DNA of 64,000 nucleotides from Octopus vulgaris (Eukaryota): the NCBI GenBank assembly GCA_951406725.2, contig OX597826.1, positions 45,384,001-45,448,000 on the forward strand, read 5' to 3'. The position numbers and the translations under genes were made by a program. The notes under the pieces were generated by a model, which was not told where the DNA came from, searched no databases, and saw nothing but the letters and a program-made list of their open reading frames with translations. Below are positions 42,620 through 57,775 of this stretch, in pieces. The first letter of the stretch is position 1, and every line of letters begins with the position of its first letter.

Positions 42620-42969
42620 AGTTGCGTCAACCCCAGTGCCCAACCAATTCTCATTTAACTGACCCCCGAAGGGATGAAAGACAATGTCGACATCGGCAGA
42701 GTTTGAACTCAGATATAAAGAGGAACGAAATGCCTATTTCTTTACTACTCGCAAGGGGCTAAACACAGAGGTGACAAACAAGGACAGACAAACGGATTAA
42801 GTCGATTACATCGACCCCAGTGCGTAACTGATACTTAATTTATCGACCCCGAAAGGATGAAAGGCAAAGTCAACCTTGACGGAATATTTGAACTCAGAAC
42901 GTAACGGCAGACGAAATACGGCTACGCATTTCGCCCGGCGTGCTAACGTTTCTGCCTGCCCGCCGCCTT
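42620..42969 (-). mobile_element. SINE A joined into an older SINE A
   Basis: The host breaks at ...GAACGAAATGC|CTATTTCTTT... The inner copy spans 42733-42969. Confidence 0.8.
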
Positions 42970-44423
42970 ACCGAGAGCCATATTACAACTAAATACACCA
43001 TGATATCAGATCATTAAATAATTAGACATTAAACAATTCATGCTAGAAAAATACTACATACGGTCAACTGAAGAATTCCTAGTCAAGGTGATATTATGTC
43101 CATCATTCCTGCCTTCGCGCGGATCGTTTGTTTATCGACGCTTCCGTAACACAAACCAACAGAAAGCATTTTAAATCATGTACACAACCACACACGATAT
43201 CCGCTAACACACTGAAAATATTATGTGTGCCAAGTACAACGGGTGTCTCTTTTCACTAAAGTTGTAAACTTCACGACTCTAACTGTTATATTGGCCATAC
43301 AAAGAATTCATCAAGAAGCAGTTGCAATGCACTTCCGAGCTTTCCAGAGCTGCTGCAATATGGTATTTATTTCTAGTCAAGTGTGCGTTGCTTTAAAAGT
43401 AGAATATAAGGAGCGTTCCACCTATGGCTATCACATTTGTGTGCGTGCGAGTGTGTGTGTGAGTGTGTGTGTTTCTGTGTGTATGTATGTGTGCTTGCAA
43501 GAAACTAAGAACGATATTTATCCAATACGACGTTATTAAAGAAGATAGAATATGAACTGAGGGCGATTTCGCTACTGTTTTTAGGAGATTGATCGACTAC
43601 GTGGAGCTTCCATCTTTGGCTTCGTGATTAAATGTTAGGTACCTAGCTCGGTGGTCGAGATAAGAACTTCGGAACCTGTGGATTGCTATTTCACCACTTT
43701 ATCGATTCAACCGTTTCTGTGGCTACTGTGTTGTTATCACATTGGAGAATGTAATTATTTTTATTTCCAAAAATATTATATTGTTTTGTTTATTTTATGA
43801 TTGTTACTATTTTCTGCGATGTTATTAAAATATTTTGAATACATCAGACATGAGATAAATATTGATTTCGTTCTTTGTCATGAATATAAATAAGTTTATA
43901 AACTGCAAAATCTGAATACCGCGAGGAAAGCCTAATCCTAAATTGATAACCTCCTTTTGGTCTTGGGTTCAAAACTCGCCAGCATTTCAGGTTTACAGAG
44001 TCTTTGAAAGTTACTGGAGAAATATATCACAACCAGTCACATAAACTATAGTTTTAACCCCCATATTCCACTTGGCCGCAAAGCGATTCTAAGGATTTGG
44101 TATTCACGTAGTATATCTTGATGACATCAGCTTTGCAGATACAATCCTTCTTCGGTATGAGATACACTCTGTATTTTAAGTTGATAAAGCACTCATAAAT
44201 ACTGTAGTGCTCCCACTCCTTATATCATTCAGCTTAATATCCCATGGTACCTTAAGGCGACTTACTCCCTCCCTCGGAAATGCTGGCCCTGTGCCAAAAT
44301 TTGAAGCCACTATATAATGCATGCTTGTGAGTGGTGAGCTGGCAGAATCGTCAAACAGAATGCTTAACAATTATTATTTTGGCTCTTTACGTTTTGAGTT
44401 TAAAATTCCGCTGAAGTCGACTT

Positions 44424-44660
44424 GAAAAAAGGTAAAGTTACCTTACCTTCTCGAGTCATGCCGACTCATAAGGTCTGCTGGTTTCCTCACCTGGACGGGA
44501 CACGGGTCCGTTACAGGGTCACTCATTTGTACCAGCTGAGTGGACAGGAGCAACGTGAAATGAAGTGTTTTGCTCAAGAACACAATGCGTCGCCCAGTCC
44601 AGAAATCGAAACCACAATCTTACGATCATGAATCCGACACTGTAATCACGAAGCCTCCAC
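44424..44660 (-). mobile_element. SINE B inserted into a SINE A, with 11-bp TSD
   Basis: GAAGTCGACTT (44413-44423) and GAGGTCGACTT (44661-44671) flank the insert. Confidence 0.8.
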
Positions 44661-45602
44661 GAGGTCGACTTTGTCTTCCAACGTTTCGTGGTCGATAAAA
44701 GAAGTACAAGTTAAATACCAGGGTCGAAGTAATCAACTAACTCTTTCCCTTCAAAATAGCTGGCCTTTTATTAAAATGAAAAAGAAATAATCTTATTAAC
44801 TCCTGAAAAGTAGGGAGCTGACAGGCTCGTCAGAAGGTCGGAAGAAAATGCTTAGCAAAATCTGCTTCGGTACTTTGCGTTTTGGATTCAACTTTGCCTG
44901 AGATTAACTTTGCCTTTTTCATCTCTCTTGGGTCGATAAAATAAAGTACCAGTCAATTACTGAGGTCGATGGTAACCAATTAATGCCCCTGCCCTCAAAA
45001 TTGGTGGCTTTGTTTTCAAATGAGAAACTATTTATTCACTCTGAAAGACGAAAGGCAAATTTACGCAAGCAAGATTCGAACCCAGAGCAAAGACGAATCA
45101 AAGATAAACACCATCCAACTTTACGTTTTTACAGCCAACACTTCATCGTTCAATCGAACTTTACAATTTTCTATCACTTAATTATTACTCTATCATTTTA
45201 TAATTATCATTTATTTACTTTTTTATTGAATACAATCATATATTTTAATTATCAGTCTTCAATTCGATCGATCCACAATGGTATCGTTATCTCCATTTAA
45301 CATAGCGGTCTCCACCGCCATTGTATATCTACAATTCTCCAATTTATATATTATTTAAATTTTAGTAAAAGACAAAGACGAAGAAAAAAAAAAACAAAAC
45401 GAAAAACAAATTGGTTCTAGGAACTAAAATAATGATTTGTAATAATATTTCACTTGAAATACAATTAAAAATAAATCAAAGTTATCGAAAGACCTAGCAT
45501 ATCCCTGAAGCTACAAGTAGATTTTCTGCAATGCATAAAAACAACCTCGAAACATTTAATGATGATGATGATGATTTTGATGATGTGAAGATGATGATAA
45601 TG

Positions 45603-45713
<111 letters not shown>

Positions 45714-46079
45714 GCTAAAACTGTATAAATCAAGTAGCAGTTGGTATTTTCTCAATAAAAAATGTATCAAGATATAATCTAGAGCTTTTAATTTCTAGAA
45801 TCGAGGTAAAAAAAAAATACTGTTTGAATAGAAATTGAATTGCTTAGCAAAGCCTTATTGAACATCAACATATGTATTCCTTCAGGAGATTTTGATTTCC
45901 TCTTCATATAAATTTTTATTTTACTTGAAAAATCCAAGGACTATATTTAGGAGCAGGCCTTTACACGGTCTATTTATTAATAACTGTCTTCATATTCCTA
46001 TGGGCATTTTTAGTTGATGTAATCATAGATTTTTACATCTGTGTGGAATATAAACTGAATTTAACGACGTGATTATTGA

Positions 46080-46101
46080 GATAGTAGTAGTAGTAGCAGT
46101 G

Positions 46102-46143
<42 letters not shown>

Positions 46144-46306
46144 TCAGCAGTAGTAGTAGTAGTAGTTGTTGTGGTGGTGGTGGTACTGTCGTAGTATTGA
46201 TGTGGTGATACTAGTAATAGTACTAGTAGTTGTAGTGGTAGCGGTGGTGGTAGTGGTGATGCCTGTCGTAGTAGTGATGTGGTAGTAGCATTATTATTAT
46301 TATTAT

Positions 46307-46373
<67 letters not shown>

Positions 46374-46506
46374 GGTGGTGGTGGTGATGGTGGCAACAAC
46401 AGCAGCGGCGGTGGTGACAGTGGTATTGATGGTGATAGCGGTGGATGTAGTAGTAGTTGTACCTCCGGTGGCGTTGGTGGTGTCTGTTGTAGTAGAGATG
46501 TGGCGA

Positions 46507-46558
<52 letters not shown>

Positions 46559-46560
46559 TG
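46080..46560. repeat. Compound (TAG)n/(TGG)n/(TTA)n trinucleotide tract
   Basis: Direct reading of the sequence. Confidence 0.9.
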
Positions 46561-47092
46561 ATAATGATGTAATCGCTACTGAAATAAAGACAGAATTTAG
46601 AAATATTTTTACTACTGTCAAATACTGAACTAACTTCAATATATTTTCTTTTCATTTCTATTTTTCTTCCAATTTTCATTTTCTGGAAATTTCTTTTTCT
46701 TCTTAATTTTAACCAAATTTTCAAATCCTGTACAGTTTAATTGTTCAAATCGTTTTCCGGGATTTAGTTACTCGTTTGTGCGAACAATTTAAAGTCCCTT
46801 TTTCTCACACAACAGACGATAAAATAATAAACTGACATTAATACAATAATAAACCAGATAGTCGCTTGGGGAACGATAAAAACGGAAAAATTCCGCAAGG
46901 TGGAGTTAGTTGTCAATAACTATTGAAAAGTTTCTGATAAAGATTCCAGTTGCGAGAATAAATTTTTACCTCGATTTCTTCTTCAACGATACCAACGTGA
47001 AATTTCAGAACAATGAAAATGTGATAAGATTCGTACGGTAATAAAAACTGATTAATCCGAACGAACGAATTGAGATGATGGAGAGAGATAAA

Positions 47093-47510
<418 letters not shown>

Positions 47511-48603
47511 TGAATAAATAAATGAATTTAATTTCAATGTTGATGATTTAAAACTAAATACACAAACATGTTCAAAAAGCTTATAATGAAATGGGTTTCG
47601 TCTTATTTTTATGCCATGTATCAACTTGCAATTCCCATGTTTGCTGTAGCATAAACTGAATGTCAAACTCAAACTCTTCAAATTCTTCGTTCTTTAAAAG
47701 ACAAATTACAACTTCCAAAGAGGAAAAATATGGATGTTTTTCTTTTTTCTTTTCTTTTCTCTCCCTTTTTTTTTTTTCGCATTTCTTACTTTTTTTTTTT
47801 TTTTCCTTTTGACTTCTTCTTCACTTCTAGATTTGTATTGCTTCCACGATTCATTCCAGTTGCGGAATGGGAGTTTAAGAACTGCAATTCATTCATACCA
47901 ACGTTCTTTTAGAATCGGTTCAGAAAATGAAATGAAAAACAAATACAAAATAATTATTCAGTAGAGATAAAACATAGAGCGAAATTTATTATCTTTTTTG
48001 TAAGTTTTTCTGATTAAGATGACGGGCCTTAAAACATACATATTTATAATAACGTGAAATTGAAGCGTGTTGTGTAAAGGGTTTCTTTTCTAGACAAAAT
48101 ACACTTCTATTTATAGATATTAGACTATCTTTTTTGATTTCCTCTAAAGTTTAGAAACCTATTTCGGCAAACACCTACAGTTCTGTAACAAATTTAGTGA
48201 TGCCAAAATTGTACAATATTTTAATGATGTATCAGACTGAAGCCATTACACATCACTCAGGTATTTATATTAATAAACTGCTCAGAGACATTTAAAAAAA
48301 AAACTAATATTGTGATTAGCGTTGTTGCTACTGATGAAAGCTATCTTATACGTCTTCCTGCAAAAGTAGAATGGTTACTCTACAAAAAGTATTGAGTGGT
48401 CATTCAGTTTAATGTAAAATAATTTTTATATATAAAAGGAGAGATATATATACAGAGAGATAGGCGTGGCTGTGAGGTACGAAATTTACCTCCCAATCAC
48501 ACGGCTTCGGCTTCAGTCCTCCTATGTGTTCCCTTAGGTAAGTGTCATCTGCTATACCGTCGGGCCGACCGAATCCGTCTGAGTGGTTTTCGAAAAAAGG
48601 AAA

Positions 48604-48664
<61 letters not shown>

Positions 48665-48939
48665 GTATACATATATGTATATATATGCGTATATATATAT
48701 ATGAATATATATATGTATATATATATGTATATATATGCATATATGCGTATATACATATATATATATATGGTTATATTTAGCGATTGTCATACTATTTGCC
48801 AATTAACCACACGCACTATATGCTTGATCTTCACTTCAGCTTCATCATCATTATTACTATTGCCTGAAATCTTACGTTACACATCCTGTGGCCTCTTCAA
48901 TAACTCTCCTCACCACGTGTCTTCTCCAATATATATACA

Positions 48940-48981
<42 letters not shown>

Positions 48982-49454
48982 GAATATAAATAGAGTTGGT
49001 AATTCATTGAATAATTGACTCCATGCGTAATTACTGTAGCATTATATTTTAATCTGTGATAAATATACATGTTTTATTGATTCGTTGATAGATAGGAATT
49101 TTGTTAGCATTTGTTTAGAATATCTTGTTTGCCAAGTGCTCGCATGAGGTGCTACTGAGTTAATTGTCGAGATCGTAAAGATTTCACCTGATGTTTGCAC
49201 GTGTAAAACTCGAGTCGCAAAACAAACTTTCAGCGGATGCTTAAATAACAACAAAAAACTATATATCTACGGAGAAGCAGCTTGATTAATACTGTTTTTA
49301 TGGATACTATATAGGTTACATATATTATATCATACTTTGATACTGCGTGGACAGAGATCCCGGTTGGCAGACCCCTGATATTTAAAAATAATGTGTTAAC
49401 ACATGGTATGCAAATTAGCATCTCCAATTTTGTGTAGTTGCTGCAGTTGTTGTG

Positions 49455-49625
49455 TATATAAACATATTGTCTGCTTACTTTTTATTTCAAGGATTTGACA
49501 AACTGATGTTTGTCCAAGAAAGTTAAGAATAATCTTAATCGATTCATACTGGATTCCCATCAGAGGAGTCTACATCAGTTTGTCAAATCCTTGAAAAAAA
49601 AAGTAGCAGACAATATGTTTATATA
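49455..49625. repeat. ~55-bp-arm inverted repeat bounded by TATATA
   Basis: 49455-49509 pairs with 49572-49625. Confidence 0.85.
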
Positions 49626-49694
49626 TCTTATAAGGATAAAATATAATATAATATAATAAAATAAAATAATAGAATGTTAAATGTTCCTTCTGAT

Positions 49695-49739
49695 TGAACT
49701 AGTACTTTCATGCATTAAATTATGCAATCTTCAGGTTCA
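49695..49739 (-). ncRNA. Minimal type I hammerhead ribozyme motif
   Basis: TGAAC-CTGAAGA-TTGCAT(AATTTA)ATGCAT-GAAA-GTAC-TA-GTTCA. Stem I TGAAC/GTTCA, palindromic stem III AGTACT, CUA cleavage triplet. The basal stem II pair is mismatched. Confidence 0.72.
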
Positions 49740-49804
49740 TGTAGTAGTGGTGACAGTCATGCTTCACAATTTTTGACTGTAGCGAGATGGTTAAAATCTG
49801 TGCC

Positions 49805-49902
49805 TTAAATACACCTGTGTAGGCTCCAGATTGCTAGGTTTTGCAAATTGTATTCTGACCAATCAGTGTGTAGCATCACTCAATTATTTAAGCTGATTGG
49901 TT
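49805..49902 (-). promoter_or_regulatory. Putative pLTR promoter: two opposed CCAATCAG boxes and TATTTAA upstream of the hammerhead
   Basis: Minus strand reads CCAATCAG...CTGATTGGTC...TATTTAA (49811-49805), ~65 nt before the ribozyme. Confidence 0.45.
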
Positions 49903-50209
49903 TAGGCGTCACGCTTTGTTGAACATGTCAAGAGTCCTGTATCTTAACCCTGGCCGAGGCAGCAATTGTTGGGCTATTTTTAGAAATGTTGTAAATAGCC
50001 TTTGTCAGGGATTTTTATATTTCAATTGTAATCATCATTGTCCGCACCTTAATTATTGTTGCTAGTGGTGATGGTGGTGGCAATAGAACTTTTAACCCTA
50101 AATAAGATAATTTTCCTGCTATCTTCATCTTGAACACCTTTAGTATTGTTGTTGTTGATAGTGGTCATGGTCGTAGCAGTAGAAGTAGTACCTCTAAGTA
50201 TTATTATTA

Positions 50210-50436
50210 TTATTGCTTATTTAGCTTGGGTTCGAATTTATCAATACAATTCTTTTCTCGATTTCACTTGGGCTGTGTAATTTGTAGAATATTATATATA
50301 TTTTCCGACCACATGTTGCTAGGTGGTTACTCAAAGGTATCTGACGGACCTCTGGGTCTCTAATCTGTTGTCGGTGTACACGTGAGCGTTCTGATAGTGC
50401 ATTTTCCGTCTCACCTACATATATTTCTTCACAAGG
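50210..50436 (-). pseudogene. GIY-YIG endonuclease C-terminal remnant (Penelope-like)
   Basis: Translates PCEEIYVGETENALSERSRVHRQQIRDPEVRQIPLSNHLATCG...FYKL..., then after a frameshift IDKFEPKLNKQ*. Not in the ORF track. Confidence 0.85.
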
Positions 50437-51720
50437 TGATCAAGATGAAGATAGCAAGAAAATTATCTTATTTAGGGTTAAAAGTTCTATTGCCACCACC
50501 ATCACCACTAGTAACAATAATTAAGGTGCGGACAATGATGATGATGACAATTGAAATATAAAAATCCCTGACAAAGGCTATTTACAGCATTTCTAAAAGT
50601 AGCCCCAAAATTGCTGCCTCGGCCAGGGTTAAGATACAGGACTCTTGACATGTTCAACAAAGCGTGACGCCTAAACCAATCAGCTTAAATAATTCTATTT
50701 AACATTCTATTATTCTATTTTATTTTATATTATATTATATTATATTATATCACTATAAGATTGTAAATAAAACGTGAAAATCAGACACGGTTGGAATTCC
50801 TTTTATTAATATATTCTTCTATACACAATCACACACACCCGTATATATATCTATATCTATATATATATATATCACTCTCTATATATATATGTATACTGTT
50901 GCTATTATGCAAAAATGTGTCGTAAGCCCAAAACGTTGCTTTTATAGAAAACAAAAAATAGTTTCACCATTCCGTAGCAAAACCGTTGTGCAACACTTTG
51001 GCAATTTTTGATATCTTGGCATCTGAAGCAGCTGGAGATACAATAGTTTGACCAAAAGCACCGGCCCTTGCAAGTAAATATTAATACTGAAATCAATGCA
51101 TTGGACCAAATTTGGACATATAACAGCAACGATATGTATTTAGATGATCCTAACGTTCTGTGTTCAAAATCTGCCATTATTACTATTATTATTGAGCGGC
51201 CCATACCGCCAAACTGATACTGGGGTACAAATATTCCTGTCATGAGTATCCAACAGATAAGGGTACACCAGGCGTATGCATCACAACCGTATGTGCGTGA
51301 CATGATGATCTCATATCAGTATGAACGGCGCATGACCTTGCAGGACATGCTCAACTAGTTAAGGTCATGCAACTCACAAGCTAATCTGCGGTATTGAGCA
51401 GTATATCTGCTGTAGCCCATTTTTTACAACAAGGCAAAACATCTGCACGTTAAAGCTGCCAATCAATTACAACTAGAAGCCATTAGAGACACGGCTTGGT
51501 ACTGTGTCTGAGCAATTAATATTGCTAAGTTGACATCGGGGGAATTTGAACTCAAAATTATATTCTAATTTCAAGTTCCACCGAGATCCACTTTCATTCT
51601 TTCGGGAACGAATAAATAAGTACGATTTGATTACTTGGGTCGATGTAATCGACTAGCACCCTCCCCCCAAATTTCAGGCCTTTGGCTATAGTAGAAAGAA
51701 GTATTATTTATATTATTTTA

Positions 51721-52893
<1,173 letters not shown>

Positions 52894-52900
52894 ATATTAT

Positions 52901-53192
52901 CTCAGGTTTTGTTGGAACTTCTGATGTCTTGCGTGTGTAGCAGCTTTGTTCTCTGCATCCTAGGCTACCATGGAGTTTGTTCTTTACAACAATCTAACAC
53001 TTTCCTGATTATTCTGGCTGTACTAAGGAGGCAAACCTTTAGTGAGAGTTCTACTGGGCACTCTATTCCAATTTCCTTTATATTCCTCTTGATGCCTTCT
53101 GATACTGTTCCCAAGATTCCATCAATAACTGGCAGTATGTTCACCTTCTTCATTTTCCATAACCGGGCCATTTCGTACTTAAGAGAGTTGTA
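52901..53192 (-). mobile_element. 3' end of a second R4/Dong-like family
   Basis: YNSLKYEMARLWKMKKV...GILGTV...KVCLLSTARIIRKVLD. Confidence 0.85.
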
Positions 53193-53216
53193 TACTACTA
53201 CTACTACTACTACTAC

Positions 53217-53285
<69 letters not shown>

Positions 53286-53292
53286 CAACAAC

Positions 53293-53357
<65 letters not shown>

Positions 53358-53366
53358 TAATAATAA

Positions 53367-53568
53367 GACAAATACATAACAAAAACACCAGGACTTACAA
53401 ACACATATAACATACAGAAAATTGCACTACTAGGCACTGCACACATCCTACGCAGAACACTTTCCATACAATAACCATCAGAGCATCACAACAAATCACA
53501 GCACATACCCAAGGCACACAGAGCTGCGCTCGGTAGTGAAGTGAAAGCACGCTATAAAAATAAAACTA

Positions 53569-53571
<3 letters not shown>
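53367..53571 (+). mobile_element. 3' end of a third R4/Dong-like family inside (TAA)n
   Basis: DKYITKTPGLTNTYNIQKIALLGTAHILRRTLSIQ* plus a short UTR. (TAA)n on both sides. Confidence 0.82.
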
Positions 53572-53654
<83 letters not shown>

Positions 53655-56600
53655 TAATAATAATAATAATATGCTATCTGGAAAAGATAAATAACAGATA
53701 TATGGTAGGGTTCATTATATCTGTTTCTCAGAAAATGGCGGCTGCTTCTACGATTAAGGAAACTGCTTACTATTAAACTGAAATTGAAAAAAAAAAAACC
53801 ACGAGTGTGATATCATTATCTGATAATGGCTGTCACCCAGAGAAAACATATTTATCCTAAATATGTATTTAGCTTTGTGTTTGCGTGCGCGCGCGTGTGT
53901 ATGTGTGTGTGTGTTTGTGTGTTTGTGTTGCTATGTCACTGAGACTAAGTATATGTACAAGTTCATTTATCTGCTTGTTAGTTGCTAGTTCTTATAAAAG
54001 AAAACATGCCACTGCTTTCGTTCATGATGACATGTAAGCTATCAGCCCTATGAACTGAGAGCTGTTCATTAAAAGATTAATAGATATGTAAGCAGAATGG
54101 CCGAGAAAGGAGAATGCATGCATTGTGCAGAAAATATTTCCAAAAACAAATTAGGATATAATACAGTTAAGAAGTTAGGAACTATGAAAGAGATAGTAAA
54201 ATAAAACAAAAAAAATGGGAGTGCTTAGTGCGTGTTTTCATAAAACAAGCAACTACTGCAATGCAGTAGAAGTGTGCTTGTTTTCGTGAAAAACGATCTT
54301 TTATATTCCGAGCATGTATTCAATTTTATACGTGGAACTGGCTTTCAATGGTTTTGGAGGATAAAAATCGTTTAAAGTAGGGTTTCATCCCATGCGGTAA
54401 AAAAAAATAGTATTTTTATTCCAAGAATGAGAAATGTTAAAGAATTGATTCTATTGTTTAATTCTACACCACTCTGATGAGGCAAGCTTATGACAAGACG
54501 TTCTAACTGAAGGCTTCATGTCTATGTACATCGGTAATTGAATTGTCATTTATTCTTATTATTTTAGATTTCAAGGATATCCGACTTCTACATGTAGCAT
54601 GTTCAAGAACTGTAGTAATGAGACATTTGAAATGATATATTTATGTAATGGATAGACACCCAGCGCAATATGTTTTTCTGGAAACGAATGTTATTAGGAA
54701 CGTGATATTGTTAAATAATATTACATCAGTCTATCAATGTACAGTTTTGTTTGTCCAAAGTCACTTCATAGCTTCGGATAAACAGACCAGACCAGTGGTT
54801 TACTTCTAGAATGCACACAGAGACTTTATCAATCTCGATTGGTCAAATGGATGAAGGGATCTGATGCTGAAAAAGCTGAAGCCCCATAAGGCCCCACAGA
54901 CTTTCATGATGCATTCCAGAGCACTCGCGGTATATCTTGAAACTGACACCTCTTTTGTTCAGTGGCCTTGTATTTGTCCATTTTACACAACTTTTTGTCT
55001 CTCTCTTTTGAGGGTTTGAGGATGTATTTCCCAAAATACCAGGAATCAAAGAGTAGACAATGTTGAGTTGACCCTGCCCATGGTTTCTTTCTTGTATTTT
55101 ATTTCACATATTCCAAACCATATAACTACTATTGACTACAACTCTTACTAAATCGAGTCTAAACGCCATACTGAAGGAGGAAATATAGTTATTCAACTTG
55201 AATTATTAATTATTAACCAAATAGATAAACTTCGGTAAAAGTTAAGGTGTAAACATTATACTTCTTGAAAGCTTCTTCCTTAAGTTTATCATTTATTCAG
55301 AAGCCTAGAAATTATCTTAATGTACAACCAAATACATATTTAGGTCCAATCAAATTTAGTCTTTGCAACATTTTTTTTTACTAAAACCCCTTATTTTATA
55401 AATATGGTGAAAAGTTTTGTGTGGTTGGCAGCCTGTCATTAACAGAAAGCGAAATATCTACAAGAAAAAAAAATGTGATTTCTTTTCTTTTTATCGTTTT
55501 AAATCTTGATGTAAAAACATTACTTATAGTGTGATCTGATACAGTGTTATCGTCAAAGAATGGGTGTGAGTTGCCTGTCAACATCTGCTATCAGATGGCT
55601 GGCACTTGATCGATGATGTTCGTTCGTTCGTTCAATCGCAGAGATGCCAAAATAACTCTCATTGTGAAAGAAGCAGACAGTTGCTGGATTGACCTCCGGT
55701 TAATCTGAGCTGACATATCCATCAAAATCGCCCCAGAACGAAGATTTCGATAAAAGAAGCTCTGATGTACAATCAATATAGACATTTTAAGTGGTCCTGT
55801 GAAAAGAAACACGTTGCTACAGACTGTCAATGGGAAACTGAAATTAGCCAAAATATTATCTATAAGAAGACAATTTCACTCCAAGCAAACGTCAAGTATG
55901 GTCTTATAATAAAGGCATTAGAGCACTAATAGTTGATTGGAATATGGTTGTGCATGACCGATATAATGCTCTGAATATAGAATACAAGATGTCCGTCATG
56001 TAACACGTGAAGTTTCTGAAGTAATATAATACCAAAACATAAAGTGAAGTCTAGGATATTGTAGTATATTATGTTAACTGATACCATGAGCTTACCTGTC
56101 TTTAATCTACTAAGACAAAACTAGTAAGGTTCTCTAACGCAGTTATGACAACTGTAAGGAACACTGACCTACTGAGAGACTACTCTGAAGCAGATATGTC
56201 AACTGCGGTAAAATAGTAAAATAATGATTGCAGAGGAATTAATATAAGAGCAATTACAAATTCATGGGTTAACTATGAAATGGAAATTACTGAGATTTGT
56301 TTCTATAGCAGTTATCAGGCTTCCATAACAACCTCGATATCTCATGGCTATTGCCGTATAACTGCTACGCAGGTATCTGGATTCGGTTAAACGATTACTG
56401 CATTGTTTCTGTAACAGTGAAAAAAAAACTCATAATAAAACAGAGGTGCTTCATAATGTGGGAACCGTGATAGAATTTCCAAAGTTTAGAATTAATCGTC
56501 TTCAGAACCCTCTGTCTTCATATTTAGCTTGATTGAATGCCAAATTAATGAAACAAAAAAATACAACAAAAAAAATCATGAATAAATAAGAAAAATAAAT

Positions 56601-57060
56601 AGATCATAGTAGATACTAGTTGTTTCTCTCATTCAACATTGAAACACATTACAGAACACAGAAACATAAAACGATAAGCCACTTGTTTATCAATATACCT
56701 CGCTGAGTATTAAAAAAAAATCTTGACAAAGGCAATAACAAAAGCAACAGTACCAATGCAGTAAGAACAAACCAATAGATGACAACAAACCAAAATATTT
56801 TATCTTTTAAACAATTTTTTGTTAATAATAAATAAATACATTTAAATTTAATTTAAAGTTTGTAAGTTAAGGCAAGAGTAAAAAAAAAAACGTTTCTATA
56901 TTTGTATTTCCTAGAAGCTAAGATAAAACTCTATTTTTAATATGAGCACCGAAATATCTGAATTTATAACACAACAGTTTTAATATTCTGTACTAAGAAA
57001 GTAGTTGTAACATAAGGTTCTTTGCAGAGATAAGTCTTATTAATACAAGGCTGCAAATAA

Positions 57061-57585
57061 AACGGTGAGCTTGCATAATCGTTAGCACGCCGGGAAAAAT
57101 ACTTAGCAATCGTTAGCACGCCAAACAAAAATAGTTAGCAATCGTTAGCCCGCCGAGCAAAATAGTTAGCAATCGTTAGCACACCGGGCAAAATACTTAG
57201 CAATCGTTAGCACGCCGAGTAAAATAGTTAGCAATCGTTAGCACACCGGGCAAAATACTTAGCAATCGTTAGCACGCCGAGTAAAATAGTTAGCAATCGT
57301 TAGCACGCCGGGCAAAATACTTAGCAATCGTTAACGCGCCGGGCAAAATACTTAGCAATCGTTAGCACGCCGAGTAAAATAGTTAGTAATCGTTAGCACG
57401 CCGAATAAAATAGTTAGCGGCATTTCGTCCGTCTTTACGCTCTGAGTTCAAATTCTGCCGGTATCGACTTTGCCTTTCATCCTCTCAGGGTCGATGAAAT
57501 AAGCAGCAGCTTATCACTGGGGGTGATGCAATCGCCTTACCCCTTTCCGTGAATTTGATGGCCTTGTACCAAAATACGAAACCAA
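57061..57585 (+). mobile_element. SINE A (alternative tail) with a tandemly amplified head
   Basis: Head start GGTGAGCTTGCATAATCG, then the array, then B-box GAGTTCAAATTC, core and tail. Confidence 0.85.
57077..57418 (+). repeat. 31-bp minisatellite, 11 units, with alternating variants
   Basis: AATCGTTAGCACGCCGGGCAAAATACTTAGC alternates with AATCGTTAGCACGCCGAGTAAAATAGTTAGC. Confidence 0.92.
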
Positions 57586-57627
57586 TATAAGGTTGTAAAT
57601 TTTTAGATTTTATTTTTTTTCTTTAGA

Positions 57628-57775
57628 CAGTCATGGGCAATCTGGGTCCAGTGGTACTTTTTAAATGACACGCCAAACGAAAAATTACCATGAATTTTTC
57701 TTAAACAGTGGGACCTGACTGATGATGCTACATGTCTAATGCGGTCCACTTTTCGGAAAAGCTTCCCTTTGCCTA
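57628..57775. mobile_element. Degenerate hAT-like MITE
   Basis: CAGTCATGGGCAA...GGTCC at the left end and GCGGTCC...AAAAGCTTCCCTTTGCCTA at the right. Confidence 0.4.

Larger units (their letters stand above)
49627..50822 (-). mobile_element. 5'-truncated Penelope-like element: GIY-YIG C-terminus, pLTR, and inverted pLTR copy
   Basis: GIY-YIG remnant at 50210-50436. Segment 49882-50140 is inverted at 50433-50694, and 49627-49682 at ~50697-50760. The pLTR holds a hammerhead and TATA/CCAAT motifs. Confidence 0.85.

Noticed and set aside
50095-50130. SECIS-like ATGA...AAAA hairpin in the PLE 3' UTR (minus strand)
   Set aside because: No matching 3' GA for the kink-turn quartet, and no in-frame TGA at the visible Cys positions.
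55591-55851. Possible host exon with a TTTCACAG acceptor on the minus strand
   Set aside because: No recognisable domain, and I saw no partner exons. A non-coding exon cannot be excluded without RNA-seq.
57077-57418. CRISPR-like appearance of the 31-bp array
   Set aside because: Units are contiguous with no unique spacers, derive from a SINE head, and there are no cas genes. The context is eukaryotic.
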